Of a stretch of DNA of 40,274 nt, positions 12,168-22,843 are shown in pieces. Below the pieces are notes generated by a model. That model saw only the letters and a program-made list of their open reading frames with translations. It was not told where the DNA came from and made no database searches. Every line of letters begins with the position of its first letter. Within the stretch, counting starts at the first letter, position 1. Source of the DNA: Nemertoderma westbladi (Eukaryota > Animalia > Xenacoelomorpha); contig JAUCBJ010007435.1 in assembly GCA_032718475.1 (NCBI GenBank), positions 1 through 40,274 on the forward strand, read 5' to 3'. Both the position numbers and the translations under genes were made by a program.

Positions 12168-13436
12168 AGCAGGAAAACTGGAAAAGGACAATAATATCTG
12201 AATATAGGCAGGCCTAGGCCTATCTGTCTATTTCTGTATTGTGCTGTTTATAATTTTTAACTTGTTTATTGGCGCCAAATGACAGATAAAGTAAAATTGC
12301 TGTTAAACCTATAATATATGCCAGCCCTAAACAATGAAATTCCAATATTGCTGTATATTGTATATTGTAGATTCTACCGTAGATGCTGAGGTGTGCTGAA
12401 CTGCTAAGCCTACCGGTAAGCCACAAAGTTCAAGGGTGAAATCATAATAGAAGGGAATGTTCTCCACAATTGTTACTTATTGTTATTACAATTACAACAG
12501 TATTACTGGAAAAACGTGTAAGATACTGATATAGACAGACATACTTTATTAATGTTGGTTATTGTACTGTAGCCTACTGTGCAATGTAATACTATTTAAT
12601 AAGTTCTGTACTATTGTAATGCTATTTAATAATTACTGTACTGTTACTATTTTACAAATAATATGAGACTCTGCCTCTACTCTATAACGAAATACCTGGC
12701 TGACTATCTAACGCACAAAATATAAAACATGATGATTTGTAATCAAGAATTAACTACAGTTTCGTTTTATTTTGTACATGTCTCCAATGTGGTTGAAATT
12801 GCATAGAAAACGATATACCATCGAAAAGAGAATCATCAAAAGTACATAAAAATTTTGAATAAAAATTTTGGCGCCTCCTAGCGGCCTGCGTGAGAATTAA
12901 AATATTTCACTACTGTAAAAAGACTAACTCCTCCATTATTTTCCATTTTTAATTTCCGATACAACATTTTTTGGAACCAGCATGTTCATTTTCATCATAT
13001 TTTTCACGCACTTATTTTATTTTCGTTTTCTATTTCTGACAAATTATCAATTTTGTAAAAAAAAATTGTAATGCTTTAAAAACTGAAAAAACCCATGTAT
13101 TAGGCAATTTTTTATTAAAAATATGGGGAATATAATTAAATTAAGAAATGTACGCAATATTTATTGAACTTATGAAATTAACTTTCTTATAAAGCAAAAA
13201 TTGAAAAAAAAACTCTTAGGAAATGGCGGAGGACTAGTTTTTTTCGTGCGAAAAATGTCATACTGAGATAATCACCTTAAAAGTTCAAACCGTCCCGCGC
13301 AAAACTACCTGAATGGGTTATGGTTTTAATAGTGTCTGACATGAAGGAAGCACAACACCGAGCTAAAATTATATTTCTGGTGGTTTTCGGGGTCGCTGAT
13401 TTCATTTCTAATGTCAGTTTTAATATTTGGTGGAAT

Positions 13437-13971
13437 GTCCGTCTGTCGGTTGTCTGTCCGTCTGTCGGTTGTCTGTCTGTCTGTCGGTTGTCTGTCCGTC
13501 TGTCGGTTGTCTGTCCGTCTGTCGGTTGTCTGTCCGTCTGTCGGTTGCCTGTCCGTCTGTCGGTTGTCTGTCCGTCTGTCGGTTGCCTGTCCGTCTGTCG
13601 GTTGTCTGTCCGTCTGTCGGTTGTCTGTCCGTCTGTCGGTTGTCTGTCCGTCTGTCGGTTGTCTGTCCGTCTGTCGGTTGTCTGTCCGTCTGTCGGTTGT
13701 CTGTCCGTCTCTCGGTTGTCTGTCGGTTGTCTGTCCGTCTGTCGGTTGTCTGTCCGTCTGTCGGTTGTCTGTCCGTCTGTCGGTTGTCTGTCCGTCTGTC
13801 GGTTGTCTGTCCGTCTGTCGGTTGTCTGTCCGTCTGTCGGTTGTCTGTCCGTCTGTCGGTTGTCTGTCCGTCTGTCGGTTGTCTGTCCGTCTGTCGGTAG
13901 TCTGTCCGTCTGTCGGTTGTCTGTCCGTCTGTCGGTTGTCTGTCCGTCTGTCGGTTGTCTGTCTGTCTGTC
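13437..13971. repeat. 19-bp tandem repeat GTCTGTCGGTTGTCTGTCC, about 28 copies
   Basis: Directly visible. Built from GTCY tetramers like those in DINE-1/Helentron-associated elements. Confidence 0.96.
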
Positions 13972-14129
13972 TTAAATTTTCAAAGACAGATTGGCAGACA
14001 AATTTTCCACGATAATACCCCCATCCAATTGCTCCCCTTTCCCACCCACTAGCTACAGCTTCATTGTTTACGTGTTCTTCACATTTATAAAAAAATTAGC
14101 AAAATATATATAGTAGTAAATATATGTAG

Positions 14130-14183
14130 TATAAAAAATCTGGTCAATGGGTATACCCAAGGTGTAGGGGGCCTAATAATGCC
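14130..14183. mobile_element. Solo degenerate terminus of the Merlin family found at 18027-20278
   Basis: tataaaaaatctggtcaatgggtatacccaaggtgta…taatgcc matches the right end at 20236-20278 with small insertions. Confidence 0.75.
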
Positions 14184-14594
14184 GTAAAATTACATGACTG
14201 TGTAACACCACGTTGTTCTTTTATTTACTTTTAATAAAAATATTTTACTTAGATACTGTACATAAAACTATTAGCAGGCAAAAACATTATTAGCTACCTA
14301 ATAATTACTGAGATTGAACGTAGCTCTACATACAGTGCAGTACGGTTCCACATCAAAAATTATGTAAAAAACCATTATAAAAAAATTGACCAGGGGAAGA
14401 CATGGCTAACTATTTGGCTAACCTCCTAACTATATGCTGATCCTCCTGCTATGATATACCTATTTTTAAAAATATTATTTTAATTTTATGAATTCGGATT
14501 TAATAATATTTAAAATATTTTAGAGTAATGTAGAAAACAATAAATAATACACAAAAAACACCAACAAAATAATATTTTTTTTTCTAAAATGTTC

Positions 14595-17500
14595 TTGCAG
14601 TGAGTCAGCCAAGGTGGTGTCCACAGTCCCCCAAGTCACACCAACGCCCACAGGATCTAAGCAGAGTGTGTGGGTTGCCTGATGATGCGACTCGAGCTAC
14701 TCTCCGCCTTATAGCGTCATCCCTCGACCTCTATTGACGACCCCACTGCGCGCGGGCTGCTAGCTTGATGTCCTTCCGAGCGTGGCATTGGGCTTGAAGC
14801 TTATAACCGATGCGCAATTCCGGATCGCCACTGCCACCCGTTTGAGGTGCAAAGTTGTAAAACCACATGACTACAATTGGAGTTGTAGTCCTGTTGCATC
14901 CAATGGTATCCATGGTCTCAACTGCCGCAGGAGCGCAGGCCGCCATACGATGCTCAAGGATTTTGTTAGGCGGGCGCGGGTGAGCTGTGGTATCCCCTCC
15001 ATCCGCGAAGCCCCGGGTGTTGGTGAGCTGTGGTATCCCCTCCATCCGCGAACCCCCGGGCGCGGGTGAGCTGTGGTATCCCCTCCATCCGCGAACCCCC
15101 GGGCGCTGGTGAACTGTGGTATCCCCTCCATCCGCGAAGCCCCGGGTGTTGGTGAGCTGTGGTATCCCCTCCATCCGCGAACCCCCGGGTGTTGGTCAGC
15201 TGTGGTATCCCCTCCATCCGCGAACCCCCGGGTGTTGGTGAGCTGTGGTATCCCCTCCATCCGCGAACCCCCGGGTGTTGGTGAGCTGTGGTATCCCCTC
15301 CATCCGCGAACCCCCGGGTGTTGGTGAGCTGTGGTATCCCCTCCATCCGCGAACCCCCGGGCGCTGGTCAGCTGTGGTATCCCCTCCATCCGCGAACCCC
15401 CGGGCGCTGGTGAACTGTGGTATCCCCTCCATCCGCGAACCCCCGGGTGTTGGTGAGCTGTGGTATCCCCTCCATCCGCGAACCCCCGGGCGCTGGTGAG
15501 CTGTGGTATCCCCTCCATCCGCGAACCCCCGGGTGTTGGTGAGCTGTGGTATCCCCTCCTTCCGCGAACCCCCGGGCGCTGGTCAGCTGTGGTATCCCCT
15601 ACATCCGCGAACCCCCGGGTGTTGGTGAGCTGTGGTATCCCCTCCATCCGCGAACCCCCGGGTTTTGGTGAGCTGTGGTATCCCCTCCATCCGCGAACCC
15701 CCGGGTTTTGGTGAGCTGTGGTATCCCCTCCATCCGCGAACCCCCGGGCGCTAGTCAGCTGTGGTATCCCCTCCATCCGCGAACCCCCGGGCGCTGGTGA
15801 ACTGTGGTATCCCCTCCATCCGCGAACCCCCGGGCGCTGGTGAACTGTGGTATCCCCTCCATCCGCGAACCCCCGGGCGCTGGTGAACTGTGGTATCCCC
15901 TCCATCCGCGAACCCCCGGGTGTTGGTGAGCTGTGGTATCCCCTCCATCCGCGAACCCCCGGGCGCTGGTGAGCTGTGGTATCCCCTCCATCCGCGAACC
16001 CCCGGGTGTTGGTGAGCTGTGGTATCCCCTCCTTCCGCGAACCCCCGGGCGCTGGTCAGCTGTGGTATCCCCTACATCCGCGAACCCCCGGGTGTTGGTG
16101 AGCTGTGGTATCCCCTCCATCCGCGAACCCCCGGGTTTTGGTGAGCTGTGGTATCCCCTCCATCCGCGAACCCCCGGGTTTTGGTGAGCTGTGGTATCCC
16201 CTCCATCCGCGAACCCCCGGGCGCTAGTCAGCTGTGGTATCCCCTCCATCCGCGAACCCCCGGGTGTTGGTGAGCTGTGGTATCCCCTCCATCCGCGAAC
16301 CCCCTGGCGCTGGTGAGCTGTGGTATCCCCTCCATCCGCGAACCCCCGGGCGCTGGTGAGCTGTGGTATCCCCTCCATCCGCGAACCCCCGGGTGTTGGT
16401 GAGCTGTGGTATCCCCTCCATCCGCGAACCCCCGGGTGTTGGTCAGCTGTGGTATCCCCTCCATCCGCGAACCCCCGGGTGTTGGTCAGCTGTGGTATCC
16501 CCTCCATCCGCGAACCCCCGGGTGTTGGTGAGCTGTGGTATCCCCTCCATCCGCGAACCCCCGGGTGTTGGTGAGCTGTGGTATCCCCTCCATCCGCGAA
16601 CCCCCGGGTGTTGGTGAGCTGTGGTATCCCCTCCATCCGCGAATCCCCGGGTGTTGGTGAGCTGTGGTATCCTCTCCATCCGCGAACCCCCGGGCGCTGG
16701 TGAGCTGTGGTATTCCCTCCATCCGCGAACCCCCGGGTGCTGGTGAGCTGTGGTATTCCCTCCATCCGCGAACCCCCGGGTGTTGGTGAGCTGTGGTATC
16801 CCCTCCATCCGCGAACCCCCGGGTGTTGGTGAGCTGTGGTATCCCCTCCATCCGCGAACCCCCGGGCGCTGGTCAGCTGTGGTATCCCCTCCATCCGCGA
16901 ACCCCCGGGTGTTGGTGAGCTGTGGTATCCCTTCCATCCGCGAACCCCCGGGTGTTGGTGAGCTGTGGTATCCCCTCCATCCGCGAACCCCCGGGTGTTG
17001 GTGAGCTGTGGTATCCCCTGCATCCGCGAACCCCCTGGCGCTGGTGAGCTGTGGTATCCCCTCCATCCGCGAACCCCCGGGCGCTGGTGAGCTGTGGTAT
17101 CCCATCCATCCGCGAACCCCCGGGTGTTGGTGAGCTGTGGTATCCCCTCCATCCGCGAACCCCCGGGTGTTGGTCAGCTGTGGTATCCCCTCCATCCGCG
17201 AACCAACGGGTGTTGGTGAGCTGTGGTATCCCCTCCATCCGCGAACCCCCGGGTGTTGGTGAGCTGTGGTATCCCCTCCATCCGCGAACCCCCGGGTGTT
17301 GGTGAGCTGTGGTATCCCCTCCATCCGCGAACCCCCGGGCGCTGGTGAACTGTGGTATCCCCTCCATCCGCGAACCCCCGGGTGTTGGTGAGCTGTGGTA
17401 TCCCATCCATCCGCGAACCCCCGGGTGTTGGTGAGCTGTGGTATCCCCTCCATCCGCGAACCCCCGGGTGTTGGTCAGCTGTGGTATCCCCTCCATCCGC

Positions 17501-17868
17501 GAACCAACGGGTGTTGGTGAGCTGTGGTATCCCCTCCATCCGCGAACCCCCGGGTGTTGGTGAGCTGTGGTATCCCCTCCATCCGCGAACCCCCGGGTGT
17601 TGGTGAGCTGTGGTATCCCCTCCATCCGCGAACCCCCGGGCGCTGGTGAACTGTGGTATCCCCTCCATCCGCGAACCCCCGGGTGTTGGTGAGCTGTGGC
17701 ATCCCCTCCATCCGCGAACCCCCGGGCGCTGGTGAGCTGTGGTATTCCCTCCATCCGCGAACCCCCGGGCGCTGGTGAGCTGTGGTATCCCCTCCATCCG
17801 CGAACCCCCGGATCTCTGTAGGGACGATGGAAAAAGAGTTGATGGAGTAACTCTCGTTCCATGGAGCC
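14595..17868 (+). mobile_element. CRE-clade non-LTR retrotransposon fragment (zinc finger/restriction-like endonuclease region) split by a 43-bp array
   Basis: Left flank reads …ALGLKLITDAQFRIATATRL…[36 protein letters not shown] and right flank reads [21 protein letters not shown]. Together they match the CRE-type HGLxC…RH…EPxGLxRxDGKRPDGxTLxPW motif. Confidence 0.8.
14979..17811. repeat. 43-bp minisatellite GGTGAGCTGTGGTATCCCCTCCATCCGCGAACCCCCGGG(TGTT/CGCT), about 66 copies
   Basis: Directly visible. Confidence 0.98.
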
Positions 17869-17876
17869 ATATACAG

Positions 17877-17982
17877 TATGAAAAATTAGCACTATATGAA
17901 AAATTAGCACTATATGAAAATTAGCACTATATGAAAAATTAGCACTATATGAAAAATTTGCACTATGAAAAACATATGAAAT
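17877..17982. repeat. 18-bp tandem repeat ATGAAAAATTAGCACTAT, about 5 copies
   Basis: Directly visible, immediately after the CRE fragment ends. Confidence 0.9.
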
Positions 17983-18026
17983 TGTTCGGTATAAATTATT
18001 TGGATGTTGTGCCCAAAACACATTAC

Positions 18027-20278
18027 GGCATTAGTACACCTTGGGTACCCATAGTTTGACCAATTTTTTTCAGATGAAAAAGGCTTTTATCATGTGGTTT
18101 TATTTTCTAGAAGTAATATTTGACCTTCTGACAGTAGGATGGTAGCTAGTAATTTTGATTTTGAGTTAGCTAGTACTTTTTTTTAGCTAATGAAAAAAAT
18201 TACATTTGAAATTTTTTTTTATAGTTCTTATTGTGAAAATGACTATTATCATGAGTTTTTTATTAATATTTTACCATCACTCAGTAAGATGGTAGCTAGT
18301 AAATTTGATTTTGTGTTAACTACAGTAGTACCGGTACTGTACTTTTAATAAGATATAAAACAATACAAAAGACAGACAATTAATTAAGATTCAATGGTAG
18401 CTATGAATTATTTTTGGTACTTTGTTAATGTAATGCATTGATTTATTATTTATGTAATATTATAGTCTAATTATTAACAGGATATTTTTGCCGTATCAGT
18501 TCAATTAGGTCGTTGAATGGAAAGTTTTTGTGGAGTTGCCTCCACCGAAACTCATCTAGATGAGCCTGAAGCCGAACCAGGGGTACCTTTTACTTGTAAT
18601 TCCTACAGTTTTGCCATAGTATACGGCCCACTCTGCACTCATTACTATTGTTCCACCTTTCACATTCGCTTCCACAATTGGTCGTATTCGTCTCTCAACA
18701 ATCAATGAAGAGTCGCAGGTCTGTGTTTCCATCTGGCTTTTTCCATGCATTCCCAAATATCCATGGTCCATCAATCCGTTTTCCGTAATTGTTTCTTCTA
18801 TTTTCAAGAGTTACGTATTTTAATACTGTAAATTTATCTCTCAACAGCTTTCTACCGCGATTGTACTTTCGCTTTGCTCGGAATAAAGACTCGTCTATTT
18901 TGACAGTTTCACCAACTCCCTCCATAAGATCAGCATCTTCCTTATCCCGGACAAAAAGTTCCCGAATGAAATTGTGCCAGTCGACAAATAATATAATATA
19001 TAGGTCCGTATGCAGTCGCATTTGATATTTTCATTTAATTAATGAAATTATGTACTTTTTGCATAGTAATATCACCACTGACTTCATTGCAACATTTTTC
19101 AAAAAAATATTGTGTTCTAGAACATTAGCTAATCGACTAGCTGGTAATTTTTAAAAACATGATTTATTAAAAATTAACATTTTATACTAGCTAGTTTTTG
19201 TAATTTTTTTGTAAATATTATAGAACACGCGTTGGCTATCAATTTTGAAAAATATTTTTGTTCTAGAATACAATTTTTATTTTTTATATACAGTAAGCTA
19301 GTTTTTCTTACTTTTTAGGATAGATTTCCATATAGCACTACATTTTTAAAACATATATTATTGTTACTATGACAACGTTGAAGAGTTCTAGAACAATAGA
19401 AAAGTAATATATACTATTCTAGAACATAAATAAAATATAAATATAATGTTCTAGAACATATACAGCAGCTAATTTAAAAATATACTTTGATTGTTTATTA
19501 GCGGTAGCAAATGTTCAGAAATTAGCTAATATTGTGTTCTAGAACACAATATTATTTGAAAAATGATGTGCCTTTTTGGTCCCCTACAGCGCCAAGACAA
19601 CTTTGGGATCCATGTCTTTCCCGGACAGTGATGTATGCGGTGTTGTTGAAATCATGTTGACTCAGCCGAGGTGGAAGGCAATAATCCAGATTCTTGTGCA
19701 TACTGTATATAATGGCATTATTTTCAGTACTCAATTTGTGCTTAATTCTTTTATATTACAATCTTTTGTACGTTTGATATATGAGTGGCGACCCTCACCA
19801 CCTCCAACATTCATATTTAGAACAATTACCAAAACTATTTAGCCTCTTAGCCTTTAAATTCTAGATTCAAAATACTATAGTTTCTAAGAGGACTAATAAT
19901 TTTAATTGACTATTTTATTTAATAATTTATTGTTGCATGATGATTCCTGTACAATTAAATTTTTTTACCTAAAATATTCTAGAACAAAAATAAACGTGTA
20001 TTAATACAAATAAATGTGTTCTAGAACAAAAATATTTATCTAAATTGAAAGCTAGCACGTGTTTTATAAAATTTATAAAAAAAGTTGAAAAAACTACTGT
20101 AGCTAGCTAGTATAAAAAATAAAAAATGTGTTCTAGAACCAAAAAATATGTTCTAAAACAAAAATTATTTACAAAATCTATAGCTAGCACATTTTCTATA
20201 ACATTTATTATAAAAATAGCAAAAAGTCCAGCTAGTATAAAAAATCTGGTCAATGGGTACCCAAGGTGTACTAATGCC
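18027..20278 (-). mobile_element. Merlin (IS1016/ISXO2-like DDE) DNA transposon, defective
   Basis: Perfect 26-bp TIR GGCATTAGTACACCTTGGGTACCCAT at 18027 and its complement ending at 20278. The 8-bp flanks cacattac/cagagtac match at 6 of 8 positions. Minus-strand transposase pieces: GVGETVKIDESLFRAKRKYNRGR…GPWIFG (18720-18930) and IVEANVKGGTIVMSAEWAVY, with frameshifts. An N-terminal-like AQESGLLP…WRC…KGTSFF lies near 19555-19710. Confidence 0.88.
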
Positions 20279-20329
20279 CAGAGTACTACTGTACTCCTGT
20301 GTACTGTGTACTCCTGTGTACTCCTGATC

Positions 20330-20991
20330 AAAGTAGTATGCAAGTGGTTTGCGGTTTACAGCCTCCTGTTCTCTGGCACAAAATGGTCGCGGTAAAGTAC
20401 ATCTTGAAACTTATCTCAAAAACTGATCACACAACTGGTATCTATTGGTTAACTGGGTCATTCAATAACAAACATATATACTCCATTCAGGCGAATGATG
20501 TTCGCTCGTATCTGGCTTGGGTTACTGGAATACGTTCTGCCAACTCCCTGCCAGCATTAAGAGAATTAGACTTCAGGTGGTTCCACTATATCCCTAACCA
20601 GATGAATAATTACATATCTGATATGTGGAAAAGGAGAATTTGCGCTAATTACCAGGATGACGTGGATGATATTAGATCGCCACCTCTACAACCAATAAAT
20701 ATGGAGTGCCGGAGAAGCGATGAATCGTTCATACTTGGTGTCCTCTTGGGTCAACCAAATACTGCATATATGAAACATTTATATGGTGATATAGACAACA
20801 ATATGTGCTTATGTGGGGAACCTGAAACTGCAACACACTTTATATTTGAATGTAACTTGCCACATAAGATCACATATAGCCAGTCACTCAAAAACGAACT
20901 ATGGAAAAAGGGTCTAATCGAGACATTAAGTAGCTTACGGTTCTGCCGAGATACAGAGGTTATTTCTGCACTGATAGCGGTGTGCACGTGA
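20330..20991 (+). mobile_element. Non-LTR retrotransposon 3' fragment with C-terminal CCHC zinc knuckle
   Basis: CLCGEPETATHFIFEC near the end of a 230-aa ORF. Confidence 0.65.
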
Positions 20992-21716
20992 ACGTGAGGA
21001 TGATTATTGAAACAAATCAAATATCAAACAAGGAGGCGCTAAATTCACAAACATGGTCGACTAAATGTTAACGAATAACTGAACTGAATAACTTTTAATT
21101 CACTTAAAACACATTTTATCGTTCTAATTAATAAATACGTACTGTATTTGATTTTAACTAACTATTATTGTGCCTCCATTTGATCCGCATATATGGATAT
21201 TTTATTAAAGAATTATATATATATATATACTGTAGGCCTAGTACCTATCAATAGACTGATTTTCCTATTGCTTCTAGGCCTACCATCTGCTGAGGAGAAG
21301 GCAAGTTGCCAACCACTCAATCTTCCGTTACTAGGCCTATTCGCCCTGTCGACAATACCTGCCATTTATTTACCAGTAATATTTTTACTTTTTTGTGTTC
21401 TAGAACATAATTAGTTATGGTAGCTAGTGAGCTAGTGACTTTTTACTAGATAGTAATTAGTCCTTATTTTAAAAGTTCAAACTGTTTTTTTTATGTTGCG
21501 TACATAAAGGTGTTGTTGGTTGGTACTGTGACTTATTTTTTTTTATGATAGCATGTAGGTTTTTTAAACACTACTGTAGGTTTAAATTTTGATACGTTAT
21601 TATGTATTGCTTGCCTGCTTTACTAAAAAATTTTAACTGAAAATGTTAATACAAACGGAACTCTAGCCATTTTTACTTAAAGGAGGGGAAGGGGGGCCGA
21701 AGATGAAGGGGCCTAA

Positions 21717-22245
21717 GGCCCCCTTCACACGGAGCAACTTGTTTCTGCAACTTGTTTCTGAAACTTGTTGCTGGACCCCCTCACACACAGAAACAAGTTG
21801 CTGCAACTTGTTTCTGCAACTTGTTTCCGAAACTTGTTTCAGCAACTTGTTGCTGGACCCCCTCACACACAGAAACTTGTTGCTCAAGAAAATAACAATT
21901 ATTTCAAAACAAATAGCTAACATTTCCAGTCATTTATATATAATATCAAATCACTCAATTTATCGAATATTAGCTCTAATCTAAAAATTGGATTTAAAAA
22001 AGGTTTTTTAAAAAGTTGCTGGGAATATAACTTCCAGCAACCTGTTGCTGGACTCCCTCACACACAGAAATAAGTTTCGGAAACAAGTTGCAGAAACTTG
22101 TTGCTAGAGTCCTCACACACAGAAACAAGTTTCGGAAACAAGTTGCAGCAACAAGTTTCTGTGTGTGAGGGGGTCCAGCAACAAGTTTCAGAAACAAGTT
22201 GCAGAAACAAGTTGCAGAAACAAGTTGCTCCGTGTGAGGGGGGCC
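21717..22245. mobile_element. PIF/Harbinger-like foldback MITE with long repetitive inverted arms
   Basis: TIR GGCCCCC(T/C)TCACACGGAGCAACTTGTTTCTGCAACTTGTTTCTG at both ends, flanked by TAA and TTA. The arms are built of 13-bp AACTTGTTTCTGC subrepeats. A related solo end taaggcccccctcac lies at about 26432. Confidence 0.82.
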
Positions 22246-22761
22246 TTAGTGTATATAGGTACAAATTTAGGTAGCTAGAATTTTTTTTAAAGATAGTTTT
22301 TTATACCTTTTTGATTGTTATTAATTACTCAGAAAACATTTATATGAATTTTATCTATACAGTCTACAACACGTTCGTGGGGCCTTCGCGCAGGACGAGG
22401 CTCAGTCTACAACAATTCTTACATATCAAAATGGATATGCATGCAGTTCGGATGTTAATGCTAACATTGTGTGAATAAAGTGTCGTTAATGACTATTACT
22501 GCATCTATTATAACAAAACACATTCAAGCTAGTAATAGAAAAAACACTAGCCATAATAACATTATAATTATATCATGCCGACGATATTCTAGAGTAGATT
22601 CTAGTAGGAAACATTTATGGAAATTGAATTTTAAAATAATACTGGTTTAAGTCCCCAAGGTGTAATGTCATATATATAATGCAATTATTTACTGTACGTA
22701 CATGACTCACACCATATAATTATCGGCTATAAATAATAAGTTATATCTCTATTTTTTTAAT

Positions 22762-22843
22762 GGAAGTTACTGTGGCTGCGGAAGTTACTGTGGGTGCGGA
22801 AGTTACTGTGGCTGCGGAAGTTACTGTGGCTGCGGAAGTTACT
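22762..22843 (-). repeat. 18-bp tandem repeat (minus strand TAACTTCCGCAGCCACAG), about 4.5 copies, starting at the beta-tubulin stop codon
   Basis: Directly visible. The stop TAA at 22841-22839 is part of the first unit. Confidence 0.95.

Noticed and set aside
13320-18021. Numerous overlapping ORFs in the 19-bp and 43-bp arrays
   Set aside because: Unit lengths are not multiples of three and the ORFs are open on both strands, so these are repeat artefacts. Only the CRE-derived peptide is meaningful.
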